A DNA stretch of 64,000 bases from Catajapyx aquilonaris (GCA_000934665.2 KZ537999.1:248001-312000), one strand, 5' to 3'; positions 25,476-39,505 are shown, numbered from the stretch's first letter. The notes: generated from the letters alone by a model not told the origin. Translations and numbers: made by a program.

Positions 25476-26399
25476 TGGGCTATTAGCTGTGACCAGTGTT
25501 CAAGCAAAAATTAGTGGTTTACTTAGTTTACCTTACTATGAATGTGCAGTGTCATGGAGAAGGATAATGACGGGAAAATAATATTCCAGTACTCACTGTT
25601 TACAAACTGTACGGCTCACTTATTATAATAAAGCATGTATGATGTCGGAATGAGTCATATGGATTTTGTTCAATCACACGCGAATAAATCCAGCAGGAGA
25701 GTACACTCTAGTTTTGCAATAAATTCAGTGGTACTATTGACTCATGAATGTGACTTTAGCTGGGTAAAATGCTTAAACAGTAATCCTCTCTTTATTTTCT
25801 CAAACATCGTACTGATCTGGAGTAGAAGTAGGATGTGCCGCCAAGGTATGTAGCCTACAGTATGTAGTACAAAAAGTTCACTTTGCTTTGGAATTTGGCC
25901 CATAATGACGTTTTAGATTCAAATACTATACTGCCTGTCCTTTGCGCAGAATAAATTGCTTAGTTACATAAATATCGAACTCTTGCTCTCTTGATAGCAG
26001 ATAACCCACAAGATAAAAGTAAATGATAATATGTGCAGCTATTCTAAGCCTATGCAGAGAGTAGTTGTCTCACTGAAAAAACTCCCTTTCCGTGGAGGCC
26101 ATTTCAGCGGTAGGTAATTGATGGTTTCTACCTATTCTCAAGCCGCTCATTAAAGCATCAGTTTCTCCCTTAATTGCCAAGAGTTCCACAAAACCAACTA
26201 TGTGAGGTAAGAGGAAAAGGTTTTATTCCACTGATAAATTAATGCATTGCCGGAGCTGAATGTTAAACAACTTTAAACCACGACATTGTCATTGTGATAC
26301 TTTGTCTTAAAAGAGTCAAGTTATCACACAAATTTTTGTATTTTTATTTTTACAGCATTTTGATGCTACAAGTAAATAAACAGGTTATTTCTGAATGAC

Positions 26400-28911
26400 A
26401 TGGCTTCTGCGAAGGAACATGTTGTTGGCATTGACCTGGGCACCTCCGGGTCCAGAATCGCAGTGAAGAAGAAGGGAAAAGTTCAGCTCATTCCCGACTA
26501 CCAAACAAAACGTTCTTCCATTCCCAGTGTCGTCTCCTTCATCAACTACAATGAAATTTCCGTTGGCGAACCCGCCCAAAAACAGGTCAGACTGAGAATT
26601 AGGGCTACCATAATATATTATTATCATTATTATTCAAGTTACATAACTGCAGGTTCCGAACATCCAATTGCAGATGGGCAAGAATTACACTGTGTTTGAC
26701 ATGAAGCGTCTGATTGGAATAGAACAAAACAGTGCCATTCTACCTGGGGAAAGATGTTACTGGCCTTTTCAAGTGTCTTTCACTGAGGGAAGAGCAGCGA
26801 TTGCTGTGGATATTAATGGCATTCAGCATGAGTACACGCCTGAAAGAATCATGTCCTGGGTGTTGGAAAAAATGTTGGAAAATGCCAAGAAATTTTTGGG
26901 TGTTCAAGCGACCCAGGCGGTAATGACTGTGCCTACGTATTTCGACGATATCCAACGATATCAAGTGACTAATGTAGTTGCGGAAATGACAAATATCACT
27001 CCTATTTACGTCATCGATGAATGCAGGGCGGCTGCACTTGCCTACTGCTACAAAAATAATATCAAGGACGCAAGTCATGTTCTGGTGTATGGCAGATTAG
27101 TGCAATGGTTCTGGCCAATTTGAAGGAGACAGCTGAGAAATGTCTGAGGACGAAGGTGACCGATGCAGTGGTGACGGTACCTGCTTACTTCAACGACGTC
27201 CAAAGACAGGCGACCAAAGACGCGGGACAGATCGCTGGTCTGAACGTCCTCCGAATAATAAACGAACCAACAGCAGCAGCCATTGCTTACGGATTGGAAA
27301 ACAATTCGAAGGAAGAGAAAAACGTGTTGGTGTACGATCTCGGAGGCGGAACATTCGACGTCACATTGCTGACCATCAAAGGTCTGACCTTCACTGTCAG
27401 GTCGACAAGTGGCGACACCCACTTGGGAGGGAGAGACTTTGACAACATGATGGTGGATTTCTACGTTGACATGTTGAAGAATAAACACAACAAGGACATA
27501 ACCCGGAACCACAGGGCCATGCAAAGATTGACAGTGGTCTGCGAGGATGCCAAGCAAGCTCTGTCCAGCACTACAAAGACAGACGTTATTGTAGACAACA
27601 TATGTGATGGATTCGATTTGAAACACAAGGTATACTTTCAGGTAAAAATAGTGACACACTTATATGTCACCCAATTCTTTGATTACTCTCGCAGTTTTCA
27701 AGAAACAGATTCAACGACCTATGCAAGAAACTGTTCCAAAGGACACTTGACATTGTGCAGCAAGCGCTTTCAGACGCCAAACTAGAAAAAGACGAGATTG
27801 ACGACGTGGTATTGGTGGGAGGTTCTACTCGAATCGTGAAGGTAGAGGAAATGATCAAGGACTTTTTCAATGGTAAAGAGCTCTGCAAGAACGTGAATCC
27901 CGAAGAAGCCGTTGCCTTCGGAGCTGCAGTGCAAGCAGCTGTCCTTCATGGGGATGGCAAAGGTCACCTCATAAACAAAGTGGTACTGGAGGACGTACTT
28001 CCCATGTCCCTGGGAGCCAGTGTTGATGGAAATGAAATGGTGGTGATCTTAGAGAAGAATACCAAAATACCATGCAGAAAATCCAGCGTATTTGATATGG
28101 ACAAAGGAGGCGAGGGGAATATTTCTATGCGTGTGAGTATCACTCAATATTATTTTGTACATGTCATGTAATTACGTATAGTATGAAAATTATGAGGCAT
28201 TTGTCCAAACAAAATATCACAGTAAAACCTGTATAATACCAAAATGGCACATTTTCGCAGTCAGATAGAAGTTTCTGCTATACCCGAGATCTGCTATAGG
28301 CAGGGTACGATGTAATTCGCAGTCAAGAAATTTAAAATTGTCAGTTGTAATGGAGTGGTGGTTCTATTTTTCAGGTGTTTGAGATAGAGAATTACGAAGC
28401 ACAGAAAAACAACCTTCTTGCTTCGTTTAACTTGGGAAGATTACCAACTAAGTCAGGAAAATCCAAGATTGTTGTGGCTTCTTCCATTGACGAGAATGGC
28501 ATTCTCAACGTCACAGCGGAGACCATGACAGGTCAAAGTATGAACATGACCATAAATAGAACAAAGGGAGGGTTCAGCCAAGAAGAGATTGACCAGATGA
28601 AGTTGGAAGAGGAGAGCCTTAAAGTAGGAGAAAGAAGGATCAACGAACAATTTGCTTTGGAAAATTTCATATATTCCATTAAAGAAGAACTGGAAAGTAC
28701 ATCATCTGCTGCATCAAAGTCAATGTCAGAAAAACAGAAAAATCTTTTAATAGAAATGTGCAATTCCCTTTTGGAATGGATAGAGGAAACCCCACATACA
28801 GAGAAGGAACAGTTTGAAAAGGAATTGAGCAATCTTAAAGAAGTGTGTTTAACCTTCAACTTGCAAACTGTGTATAAGATTTCAAATAATGAAGGTACAT
28901 CTTCTGCATAA
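26400..28911 (+). pseudogene. Locus G: second double-NBD HSP70 gene, frameshifted by an internal deletion
   Basis: Exons 26400-26585, 26674-27629, 27695-28132, 28375-28911. Altered-type NBD (GIDLGTSGS...DASHVLVY) switches at ~27091 into canonical-type [11 protein letters not shown]...IINEPTAAA...DLGGGTFD in another frame; the first frame stops at 27123. Confidence 0.8.
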
Positions 28912-29229
28912 GACCGCACGCAAAATAATGATGCTTTTTAAAAATTGGCAACAAAACACATTAAAACAATGTTGTACTCCCGATTATCCGGACTAATGAC
29001 TCCACGGGTGTCGCCAGATAATAAAAATGGTCCTAGATAGGCTACCATAAAAATGAGCTGTCCAGAGGCGCTCACAATAAATCCATAACTCTCGCAATAA
29101 CACTTTACTTAGGGTGGTTTCGGTCGCCTCACGAGGTGTGAAATAAATGAACAGATTCAATAAATAATAATCGAGACAAAAATGGAAACCTCGTAGCAAC
29201 ATTTTCTTGCTTTGCCAAAATTGAGGAGT

Positions 29230-29735
29230 GACGTGACTCTTGCACGCTTCTGCTCTTTTTTGAGGTTCCTTCCTTTAGGCCCACACTTGCGACTCATCAT
29301 TTTCCAATGCAAATGCACCCAGTGGAATGGCCAGTCCAACCAACCACATGCTGAAGATGGCTTTCAGCTTTGTCATAGTCAACACTTCCTCTGCCTTTTG
29401 TGGGTTGTCCCTCTCCCTGGACAGTCAGGTGCATGTAATCACGCAAAAATACTCTTACAAGGTCACTTTCATTTACATATCGGGTGACTTTTGTTCCGAT
29501 ATCATATGCCATGGTTTGACCTCGGGGGAGAGCGGGCCCAATGTAAGTCGTAAATAATATATTTGGCTGACCAGAAGTGCAGCGGATCATCAACGAAGGG
29601 CATAACTTTCTTTCAGAGAACAAAATAATTGATTAAATCCATATCGATGGATTCGGTGTGGTCACCGAACATGGCCATGACCACGGAGCAGAGGACTAGC
29701 ACGCTTGCAACCCGGACATGCTTCACCCAAACAAT
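29230..29735 (-). pseudogene. Internally deleted ionotropic-receptor-like pseudogene, paralogue of 39506-41965
   Basis: The minus strand has signal-peptide-like DNA (CCTCTGCTCCGTGG..GCCATGTTCGGTG.CCACACC, matching ~39530-39561) joined directly to C-terminal segments (TSGQP, IGPALPRGQTMAY, RDYMHL and last-TM DNA GCCATCTTCAGCATGTGGTTGGTTGGACTG), with stops and frameshifts. Confidence 0.72.
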
Positions 29736-30919
29736 GACGTGGCCCAAGCACATTCACCTTCCCACCTCCATCCCCACACAATGCATTTCCACACCGATAT
29801 CCTACATTGCCACTGCCAAGCGCTTGCAAAGGAGTTGTAATAATAATAATCAGATGTGAGAATATGTCGATCAAAAAATGTTCCATGCGGGAATGGCCTT
29901 TTCTGGTTTTGGCCCACTCAGCTCGATATAGGCTACGTATATGATAATATTGTTCCTGCAGCCTCAATCTCTCAGGTGACCAAAAATTTATTTGAAGTAG
30001 GCCTACCTATATATTCAGAATTAGGAAATGTACGGACATGTGTCCATCGACATACGTAATATAAAGGGACGTAAAATTATAAATTCATAGCAAACTGTCA
30101 TCAAAATATGGACAAAATACCACCGAACTCTGAAAATATCTCTCATTATCAAACAGTTATCTAATCATATTGCTGTAGCAACGAGATACTGTGTGCAAAG
30201 CGGAGATGTGCGTTGGATTGTTCATTTGTGTTTTTTGAACAAGCACTCTGCATGCTGGCTTGGAAGGTAGGTGAGGAACTGGAAATAAGTCCGGTGTGTA
30301 CAGGTATCACATAACTTATAAGCTTACATTATTTTCTTATCACATGGTTCAGCACATCCGTGAATCTGGCCTCGGCAAATTCATAATTATGACAAATAAC
30401 TATTATGTATGTACTGTACGTCGCTTGTAAACAGTATATTGATGTTTGTAAATTTTCATTGCTCTCTTAAAACCTAGTTTTTAAAAATGCATGTGGGTAT
30501 AGTACAGTACCAACGTAAAGAAAAAACCTTAAATTCTAGTATCAGTATTTTGCTTGGAAATACGACCATCACACAATATTTTCCTTATACAAAATCTGTC
30601 ATCAAATTCAAAATAAGTGATACAATAAGGTGCAATACATTGATCACAGAGACAGGTACACCTATTTCGCATAGCTGTAAAGTCTTTTGTACCTTTTTTT
30701 ACAGATATCTCAACAGCAATTTGAAGCACTTAGATTAGGAAGAAGCTGTGGATTAAAGAAAAATCCAGCAAGAAGAAAAGTGCTTTACGAGTCAGCGTAT
30801 ATCCAATGTGGTAAAGCATTTACTTTAACCTAATCTTCCACCTAAATGAATTATTTGTGGCCTGCAGTCATATTCGCTATTCTAAACAACAGATAACTAG
30901 AAGGCGAAGGTCTACCAAA

Positions 30920-32213
30920 ATGGAGCAAGTTTATTTACGTCCCAGGAAGCCAAAAGGGAAGACTAAAAAGGAAGATCAAATTGGAAATTTAGAGATCGAC
31001 ATGGCACGTGCACATGTTCATGATCGAGAAAAGACCAAATCACTCCATGAATACAAAATGTCCTTTGTTGAAGACGATCAAGAGGGAGGATGTTCCAGAG
31101 GCAAGAAAAGGTCAGGAACAATGCTGGAAGAAGAGGTCGAGGTCAAGAGGGCAAAGCTGTTCTCTCCAAGGAAGTATGCTTCATCTGGATCTGCCACTGG
31201 TAATCTTCATGAGTACAGAATAGCATTCGACATGTCTCACGACCAGTTGAGTCATGAATGCAGCTTAATAAAATTGGAGGATGATGTCATCGACAACAAG
31301 AGGCAGAAAAAAATTCCTCCAAAAAGAAAAAGGTCTCTAAGGTGTTACCAATCAGAAGGTCAGGGCATGGAGAAGAGAAGAAAGGTCGATATCGATGTAG
31401 TGGTGGATATCAAGTATGACGGAGGAATTGTGAAAATTTCAAAGGACAAACAGCTGATGTCCTGGAACAACGAAGTTACATGCGAAAAGAGGGGAAATCG
31501 TGTCAACGTCACCATGACTAGTAATTCATTGTTTTTTATGTAATCATAAAACTGCACTGCATATATTTAACTATTCACAGTCTCGTGCAGAACCAAATTT
31601 TAAATCAATAACATTTTAGTAAGTTTTTAGAATACTGTATGACTTTATAAATATTTGGCATTATCTATACAATTTAATATTTGCCTGGCTTACTTTATGC
31701 TAATTACATCTAATTACAGGGGGAGAAAGCAGAGAGGAGGAGAGAAGTACGCACGTCACGAAATATTCGGACCACACAACTGAATTAATCATCAGCGTCG
31801 ATGCTAACGGAATAATTGCCAATAAAGTTTCCAAAACACAAGCCAAAACAGCCAATGGCGAACGTAGCAAAGTAATTAGCGAAGATGACGCTGATGAGAA
31901 GAGGAACTCTGAATTGCTACAAATGCGAAATGAAGCGCAGAAATTTCGCGATAAGGAAGGAGCGAAGAGAGACAGAGATGTTGCCAAAACAAAATTGGAA
32001 TCTTACGTGTACGAAGTAAAGCAAGCAGTAGAAGAGGAATGTGATGTTAACGTTGTTTCCGAAGAAGAGAAGCAGAGTGCTAAAGATGAATGCACTAAAA
32101 TGTTGGACTATCTGGACGAAGACCAGCATGCTGACAAGAATGAGCTAAAATCTAATCTGAAAAAATTTAAAGAAATGTTTTCACATCTGTTGAAAAAGTT
32201 GGGCAAAAAATGA
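30920..32213 (+). CDS. Locus I: NBD-less HSP70 derivative (basic disordered region + degenerate SBD + lid, ~364 aa)
   Basis: Exons 30920-31520 and 31720-32213 (phase-1 GT-AG intron). Motifs VDIKYDGGIVKI, LIISVDANGII, AKTKLESYVYEVKQ. No NBD exon seen upstream. Confidence 0.75.
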
Positions 32214-32903
32214 GAGAATATCTGCAATAAAAATTATTTACGCCATTTTTCTACTTTCAGTTCGATTCGCAAAATGATCATATTTACTAAGTCCAAAGCA
32301 CGTTCTTCAATGATAGATTTTGGCTGGGTGAAAAATAACGTTTAGTTCGAAATAACATTGTGCAATAAGTTAGTATACTGTAATAGTGATTCCTGCCTGG
32401 CTGGATTTGAAAACAGAACATGTTCAGTTACAAAAAAAATTGCTTAGAAAGCATTGTAAACTACGTATCGTGCAAAATATAATTTCAACTGCTTAGGTAC
32501 AGTCTACCCTTATTGCCAAGAAATAGCTTATATAAGGTAATGTTTCGAAAAAAGCAGCAAGCCAATCAGACACAAGGAAGACAGCAGGAAATCCCTGCTA
32601 ATAAGATAATAATATTCTGACTAACGGTTTAGTCACATTGCTTTTAGAAGTAGCGCAAACACATCATGAGACCTTATCGTTATCTTATCCTACAGATATA
32701 TCCAACTGTGCGCAGTCCAACAACTATACCTAAGCACTGCAGGTTTCAAGGAGAGTCTGTCGTTATAATATTCAGCGACATCCGGAATAATTATAAGTAA
32801 GATTTTATTGTTACGTTTTCCTTCTGATGCGAGTAACATACCGTATTTGGTTCTATCTGTTCGTGATAGCTGTGTTGTCACTCCGATTAATTTTCAGTTG
32901 AAA

Positions 32904-35822
32904 ATGTCAAAGAAAGCGCCTGCTGTTGGGATAGACTTAGGCACAACTTTTTCCTGCGTGGCTGTCTGGCAACATGGAAAGGTCGAGATCATCCCAAACA
33001 GCCATGGGAAATTGGTCACGCCCAGTTACGTCGCTTTCACAGAAACAGACAGACTGATTGGTGATCCAGCCAAAGCACAGGTGAAATGGAATAAACATTG
33101 AAGTGCTTTCATAGACATTAATGGACCACTGCTTATTTATTAAGTCAAAAGGAGTTAGATCATATAATTATGAACAATATGATATAATTTTCGTCCCACT
33201 GCTAGTTACTGCTAACTTAGCAGTAACCATTCTCAACACTGGTACTGATAAGTTAGTAGTAACTAGCAGTGATATGAAAATTCCACCCATTGCCACTTTC
33301 CGTCTGAAGGTGACACATATACGTACATTGTCTGCTTAACCTTGTAATGTATGGAGCATTGTTGTTAATTATGTTGTTTGTGATTGTAATGTATGTAATG
33401 CATGGAGCAGTGTTGTTATATTTATGTTGATTATGTTTGTTTTGTCTCCATGCATTATCTGTAACTATAGTGAATCGTTATGGTTACCCTGGTGTGACTC
33501 ACACTTATGTTGTAGCAACATGGTCAAAACCGAGGTGTTAAATAAAAGTACTTTGGGCCTGTACAGGCAGTCGGTCAGCAGTCAGCGGCGAGTGAGGTTC
33601 TGCCCTCCTGAGCTGGCCCTTGACCCTACTCTCTGCCCGGTCCAAGTTGTATGAGCAAAGTCGTTGTTGTCATTTCTAAGTTACGGTACGGTATCGGTAC
33701 TGCTGGGTAATCGGTTGGTCCGCAGGGATCTGTACCACCAACCTTTTACCAAGTGGTAGCCGTATAAGACCTTCTAATCAGTTATACGATCAGGTCCGCA
33801 GGGATCTGTACCACCTGGTCGTATACTTCATTGGTGGCTGTCCGTACCCACAGACGAAGTGGACGAAGTGCTTCCCTCTCACCAGCCATACCAGGCTGGC
33901 GGAAGCCCGGACCAGGTCCGGTCAAGTGTCATACTGGCCGCACCCTCCCGTGTGAACAACTGTCCGTAAACCTGGCGTCACAACCTGAAAAGACAATAAT
34001 TAACATACTCATTGAACTCACTTCCTTTCAGGTGTCAGTTAATCCCGAAAACACAATTTTTGATGCAAAACGCCTGATTGGACGCACTTACGATGACCCA
34101 ATAGTTCAATACGACATCAATCTCTGGAACTTCAACGTGGTGAACGAGAAGAACAAGCCGCTCGTGGAGGTAAAACATGGAAGAAAAAAGTTGAGGTATC
34201 ACCCTGAAGAGATCAGCGCCATGGTTTTGGGCAATTTGAAGGAATCGGCCGAAAATTTCCTGGGCATGAAGGTGACCGAAGCAGTGGTGACTGTACCGGC
34301 TTACTTCAACGACGCCCAGCGCCAGTCCACAAGAGACGCGGGACTGATCGCTGGTCTAGACGTCCTCCGAATAATAAACGAGCCAACAGCAGCAGCCTTG
34401 GCCTACGGATTGGAGAAGAAGCTGAAGGAGGCCAACAACATTTTGGTGTACGACCTCGGAGGAGGAACATTCGACGTCTCGGTGCTGACCATCAAGGGCT
34501 CTCATCTGCGAGTACTGGCAGTTGCTGGAAACACACATCTTGGTGGGGAGGACTTTGACAACTGCCTCTTGGACTACTTTGTCGATGAGTTCAAGCGGGT
34601 TCATAAGAAGGACCTCACGGCACATCCGAAGTCACTGAGACGTCTCCGTACCGCCTGCGAGGAGGCCAAGAGGAATTTGTCTGGTGTGGCTGAGACAACA
34701 GTAGTGGTGGACAACATATGCGGAAATATCGACTTTGCTCAGAAGGTTTGTAACAATATGAGCTGTTGCTCTTCTGCAATGAAACACTAATCAGGCCTAT
34801 CATAAAGTAATCGATGTTTTATGCAGATAAGTCGGGCCCGATTTGAAGAATTATGCAAGGAATGGTTCAACCGGACACTGCGCACTGTCAAAACAGCATT
34901 GGACGATGCCCATCTGGACAAGAGTCAGATAGACGACGTAGTTTTGGTCGGTGGATCGACCCGGATTCCCAAGATACGTCAGATGGTGACTGATTTCTTC
35001 GACGGAAAAGAGCCATGCAAAAGCATACATCCGGATGAAGCTGTGGCTTATGGAGCAGCCATTCAGGCCGCGGCCATTACCATGGAGCAGGATAGAAATC
35101 AATACGGTGGCCAAAATGATAGCATCAGAGAAGTGGTGCTGGAAGATGTCACGCCTTTGTCTCTCGGGATCGAGGTCAGGGGAGGATTAATGTCCGTGGT
35201 CGTGGAGAGGAATACTCCTGTGCCATGCAGGATAAGTACAAGCTTTACAACCGTCTACGACTATCAAGACATGGTACACTTTCAGGTACAGTAGATCTTA
35301 CTTGTCGGAGTTAACCATTACTCATGTCTGCATTTCTTTTTCAAGATATACGAAGGAGAGAGAGTCATGACAAAGGGAAACAACCTCCTGGACTCTTTTA
35401 TACTCACTGGAATTCCCCCAGCACGCAGAGGCGTTCCTGATCTTAAAATCACCTTCGAGATGGACGCCGACGGAATTCTCCGGGTCAAAGCGGTTGATAC
35501 CTTCACGAAAAAAACTAGAAACGTGACCATAAAGAACGTGAAGGGCCGTCTCAGCGACGTGGAGATCAAAAGGATGATCCTGGAAGCTGAGAAGTTCCGC
35601 AAAGTAGACCAGAAGATGAAGGATACCGCAGTGGCCAGGACCAACCTGGAAAGCTACGTCTACGACTTGAAGGAAAAGATTTGTGACATGCCCAACAAGA
35701 GGGACCTGTTGCAGAAGTGCTACCAAGTTCTGGACTGGCTTGACAGCAACCAGAACGCGAAGAAAGAACAGTACGAAAAGCAGCAACGGAACCTCCAGCA
35801 GGTGTATGCCAATGTGAAATAA
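32904..35822 (+). CDS. Locus J: near-canonical HSP70 family protein (~608 aa, no EEVD)
   Basis: Exons 32904-33080, 34032-34745, 34827-35285, 35346-35822. All three HSP70 signatures; [20 protein letters not shown]. Confidence 0.9.
33343..33982 (+). mobile_element. Solo LTR (Gypsy-like) in intron 1 of locus J
   Basis: 640 bp with TGTAA...TCACA termini, 4-bp target duplication ACCT (33339-33342 and 33983-33986) and an internal AATAAA at 33541. Confidence 0.72.
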
Positions 35823-36102
35823 TAATCATCCTAATCTACAAACTGTAATATGTAACATAATAAAAAATGTATGCAATTACACATATTCCACAGCTGTATG
35901 TGACACAATCACTTAATAATGAAGAGGCCATCACACGTTTTAATACGAAATCAAATTGGCGATTTATTGCTGACAAACTCGAGTTTAATCCCAGTGTCTA
36001 ATTTTTATAACATAATTGAATGGAACTGACAGCACCGTTTCTAGTATGTTGTTGAAGGAGGTCACTTTTGTTGCATAAGTGCACTAAACTGCTGCTGCTA
36101 AC

Positions 36103-38422
36103 TCATATGTTCAATCTATGCATCAGGTTTTCAAACTCTTCCCTGAAACTGCGCAATTTCTCTTCAAATTGGGTTTTTTCGGCTTGTTCATTTTCGTATA
36201 TGAAGCACAACGCTTGGTCACAACCATCCTCCACTTCTTTCCTCTCTTCCTCAGAGACCAGGTTATCCTCTGCTGCATCATCCACAGAATGCTTTAGTTT
36301 GTAAACGCACTTTTCCAAAATTGTTTTGGCGACTTCTGTGTCCCTCTTCTTTGCTTCGATTTTCCGAAACTCTTGTAATTCATTCCACATTTTTGATATT
36401 CTTTGTACACCCGGGTCATCATAACATTTGTCAGGTACTCGCTTGGTCTGTCCTCGAAACACAGATTTGACGAGGTTGACCTCGAGGATTCCATTAGAGT
36501 TGACGCCGAAGATGATCTCAGCCACCGGATCCGAATGGGTTGTCTCTCTCTGGAATTATATAATATTAGTTATGTATAGGACTCACTTGAAAATTAAATA
36601 TGCTACTCGTTACTAACCGGCATTGTGATGTCAACGCGATTTATTTCCAAATCTCTGCTGAAAGTGATACATTTGTTGTAAGGAATCATCAATATGTCCT
36701 TAGTAGTGTGCAGAATGCCTCCGTCATACCAAATGTCCAAAGCGAACCTGACATCACTCTGTGTGTTGGCCGTCCTTTGCTCCTTTGCCAACATTTTTCC
36801 TTGCAAATTTCTGGAAGCGTTTTAAAAACATGAGGTGCGATTTTTCGCATTGTCATGGCAAGTACTTCCTTACCTCAACCTGCTACTGTCATGTGCGTCA
36901 GTGCCATGAGGGGTTTGTACTAATTTATTTGCAGTTAATTGGTACTGACTGATCGTCACGTTAGCTTTACCAGACTTGGAACCTTGGATTGGATTTGTTT
37001 TAGAACGTATCATGTGGACGGCTTCTTCAGGTCCTTTATTTGGTTCATGCAATCGTTTTTTAGTCCAAGCATTTACTTTCGATGATTTTATAATATCTTG
37101 AACCAAAAGTCCTTGAATAATGTCAGTCTCGTCGCATTTGATAACAGCCGCTTGGATCGCAGCCCCACGTACAGCTGGTTCTAATAGCTTCCCAAACTCA
37201 TAAAATGTCGTGTCAGGAAACAATTCTTGCACAACTTCACGTACTGTAGGAATGTAAGTTGACCCGCCCACCAAAAGAATTTGATTGATGTCCTTCTTGT
37301 CCAAATTGGCCCTTTTAAGAGCTTCGGCCACTTTCTCTATTGATCTTGATCGAAATAATTTATCGCAAATGTGTTTAAACTCTGTTGTAGAAATCTGCAA
37401 GGGAAAAGCAGGTCATGTCAATAAATCTTGGTCTCATGCAAAAACTGGCTGGAAATATTACCTTAACGATGAAGTCTTTATCATCATAAAACTTGTTCAC
37501 AACTAAAAAATAGTCGCTAGTGTCAATCAGATTTCGTTTAGCCTTCTCGCAGGCGCTTCGCAGTGTCGTCAATCTCGTCATGAGCAGTTTATCATATCTG
37601 TCAAAATTCAATGAATCCTTATTCTTTCCCAGAGCTAATTCGACCAGACACATGTCCAAGTCGATTCCTCCCATGCAGGGATCGCCAGATGTGGACAACA
37701 CCTGGATATTCAGTCCTTCTATTTCGACCACCGACACGTCGAATGATCCTCCTCCGAGGCTGTACACGAGGATGTTGCTCTTCTTCTGAGGTCTGGTCTC
37801 CACTGCATAGGCAATGGCGACAGCAGTTGGCTCGTTTATGAGATGAACAGTGTCGAATCCAGCGAGACTTCCAGCTTCTATTGTTGTCTGTCTCTGAGCC
37901 TCATTGAAAGAAGCCGGTACGGTCACCACTGCATCGGTCACCTTCGCTTTCAGAAAAGCTTCAGCAATGCCCTTCACCTTTTCCAATATCTTCGAGACGA
38001 GTTCTTGGGCGTTCAATGCCGGCTTTCCACCGATTTTAACAGCTGGTTGTGAGTCCTTACAAGTAACTTGAAATGGCCAAAACTGCCTAATTTTTTCGGT
38101 TTCACGGCAGAATTCGTCGTAACCTCGTCCTACCATACGTTTTAAATCAAACACTGTGTTTTTCATGTTCGGAAATTCCTGTAACAATGTTCGCGTATAA
38201 GCTTACTGGCTTGAATGCAAAAGTGTCAATAATAATGCTTGCCTGCTGCTGGTGGGAAGAATCTCCGTCGCAGCTGCCCTTTTCGGTGAAGGAAACGTAA
38301 CTCGGGTGAACTGTGCGTCCTTCTTTGTTTGGAATGACCTTGGCCTGACCTTCATGCCAGACTGCCACCCTGGTGTAGGTGGTGCCCAGGTCAATCCCAA
38401 TTATTGCGCTCTTCTTGTCCAT
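36103..38422 (-). CDS. Locus K: divergent HSP70-like protein ([12 protein letters not shown] + linker + degenerate SBD + lid, ~685 aa)
   Basis: Exons 38422-38243 (GC donor), 38178-37462, 37394-36874, 36810-36618, 36549-36103. Motifs [46 protein letters not shown]. Confidence 0.78.
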
Positions 38423-39505
38423 CGTGACCTACCGTAATAATTTTCACTATACAGAAAACTATTTGCGACCTTAAAATAATATAAGTTAAATATGAACAGT
38501 GTTACGCTATGATATGAAATAATTTCGCTACCGTACTCTAAGCATATCCATACGAAATAAAATAGTGCACTCACCTGAAGCAAACGGCTGATTTACCAAT
38601 TCCTCTGTATATCGCCTAGGCTGGAGTCGCCTCTGCATCAACTAGATAAGATTATCGCTAAGGTGAGTGAAAAATGGTTAGTGGGTGAATCATGAGACCG
38701 CAAACTTACTTTAACAAGTAATGATACTAATAATTAATTCTAGCCACAATAATTATGGCTAGAAATAATTGCTATAGTGTTATTATGGCAGCAATCATTA
38801 AATTGCTGTAATGGGTTAGTGTGCAAAAATAGGACATGTGCTATTGCCTCACAGCTTGCTTTTACCTGTTGTGGCCGTTTGAGGAGGTATAACGTTTCAA
38901 GTGATAATCTTATCAGCAGACTACAAAAAAAATCAGTCTTCCCATGGATATTGATTTAATTCTTTCTCAGCCAATATTTTCATACACATACCGCCATTTT
39001 AAAGTACCGGTAAATCATTTTTCCACCTCAGCTGCAATGATTTCCAATAATAAATATTTCGCCAAATGACCACGGGCCATTTCCAATTGGTAGTCACAGA
39101 TCTGTACTGGCCAACCTCTGGAAACACAATTCCAGAACTGCGTAGGTATCTCAGTACTTGGGCCACGTCAGTGGTTGTATGAAACATTTCTGGGTTAAGT
39201 GGAGGTCCTTTGAACTTCGACCATGGTCATGTTTGGTGGCCATAATATTATCTCATCATCATCGTAGGGCTTGTGGCGGGTGTAGAGTCAGTAGGAATTA
39301 TTGACGTGTTTTGGGGTCAACTCCTGGAATTGTTGCTGGCGGCTTTTGACTGATACAATCTCTTCCTTGCCCTTTGATGTGCACTCTACGTCTTGGAAAG
39401 CGTCTGTACTGCGTAGTAGAGTTATTATGGTCAATTAAATATAGACGGGATATGTGGTGGTGGGAATGGTACAGAACTCGGGCCACGTCAGTGCTTGGGT
39501 GAACC

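Noticed and set aside
28218..28290. CAGTAAAACCT start suggestive of a pogo/Tc1 MITE
   Set aside because: No convincing matching end or TSD found by eye.
33831..34031. Apparent N-terminal extension of ORF 33831-34790
   Set aside because: Intron and solo-LTR sequence; the homologous exon starts at the acceptor at 34032.
36103..36810. Separate NBD-less gene downstream of K
   Set aside because: A phase-2 GT-AG intron (36873-36811) joins it in frame to K.
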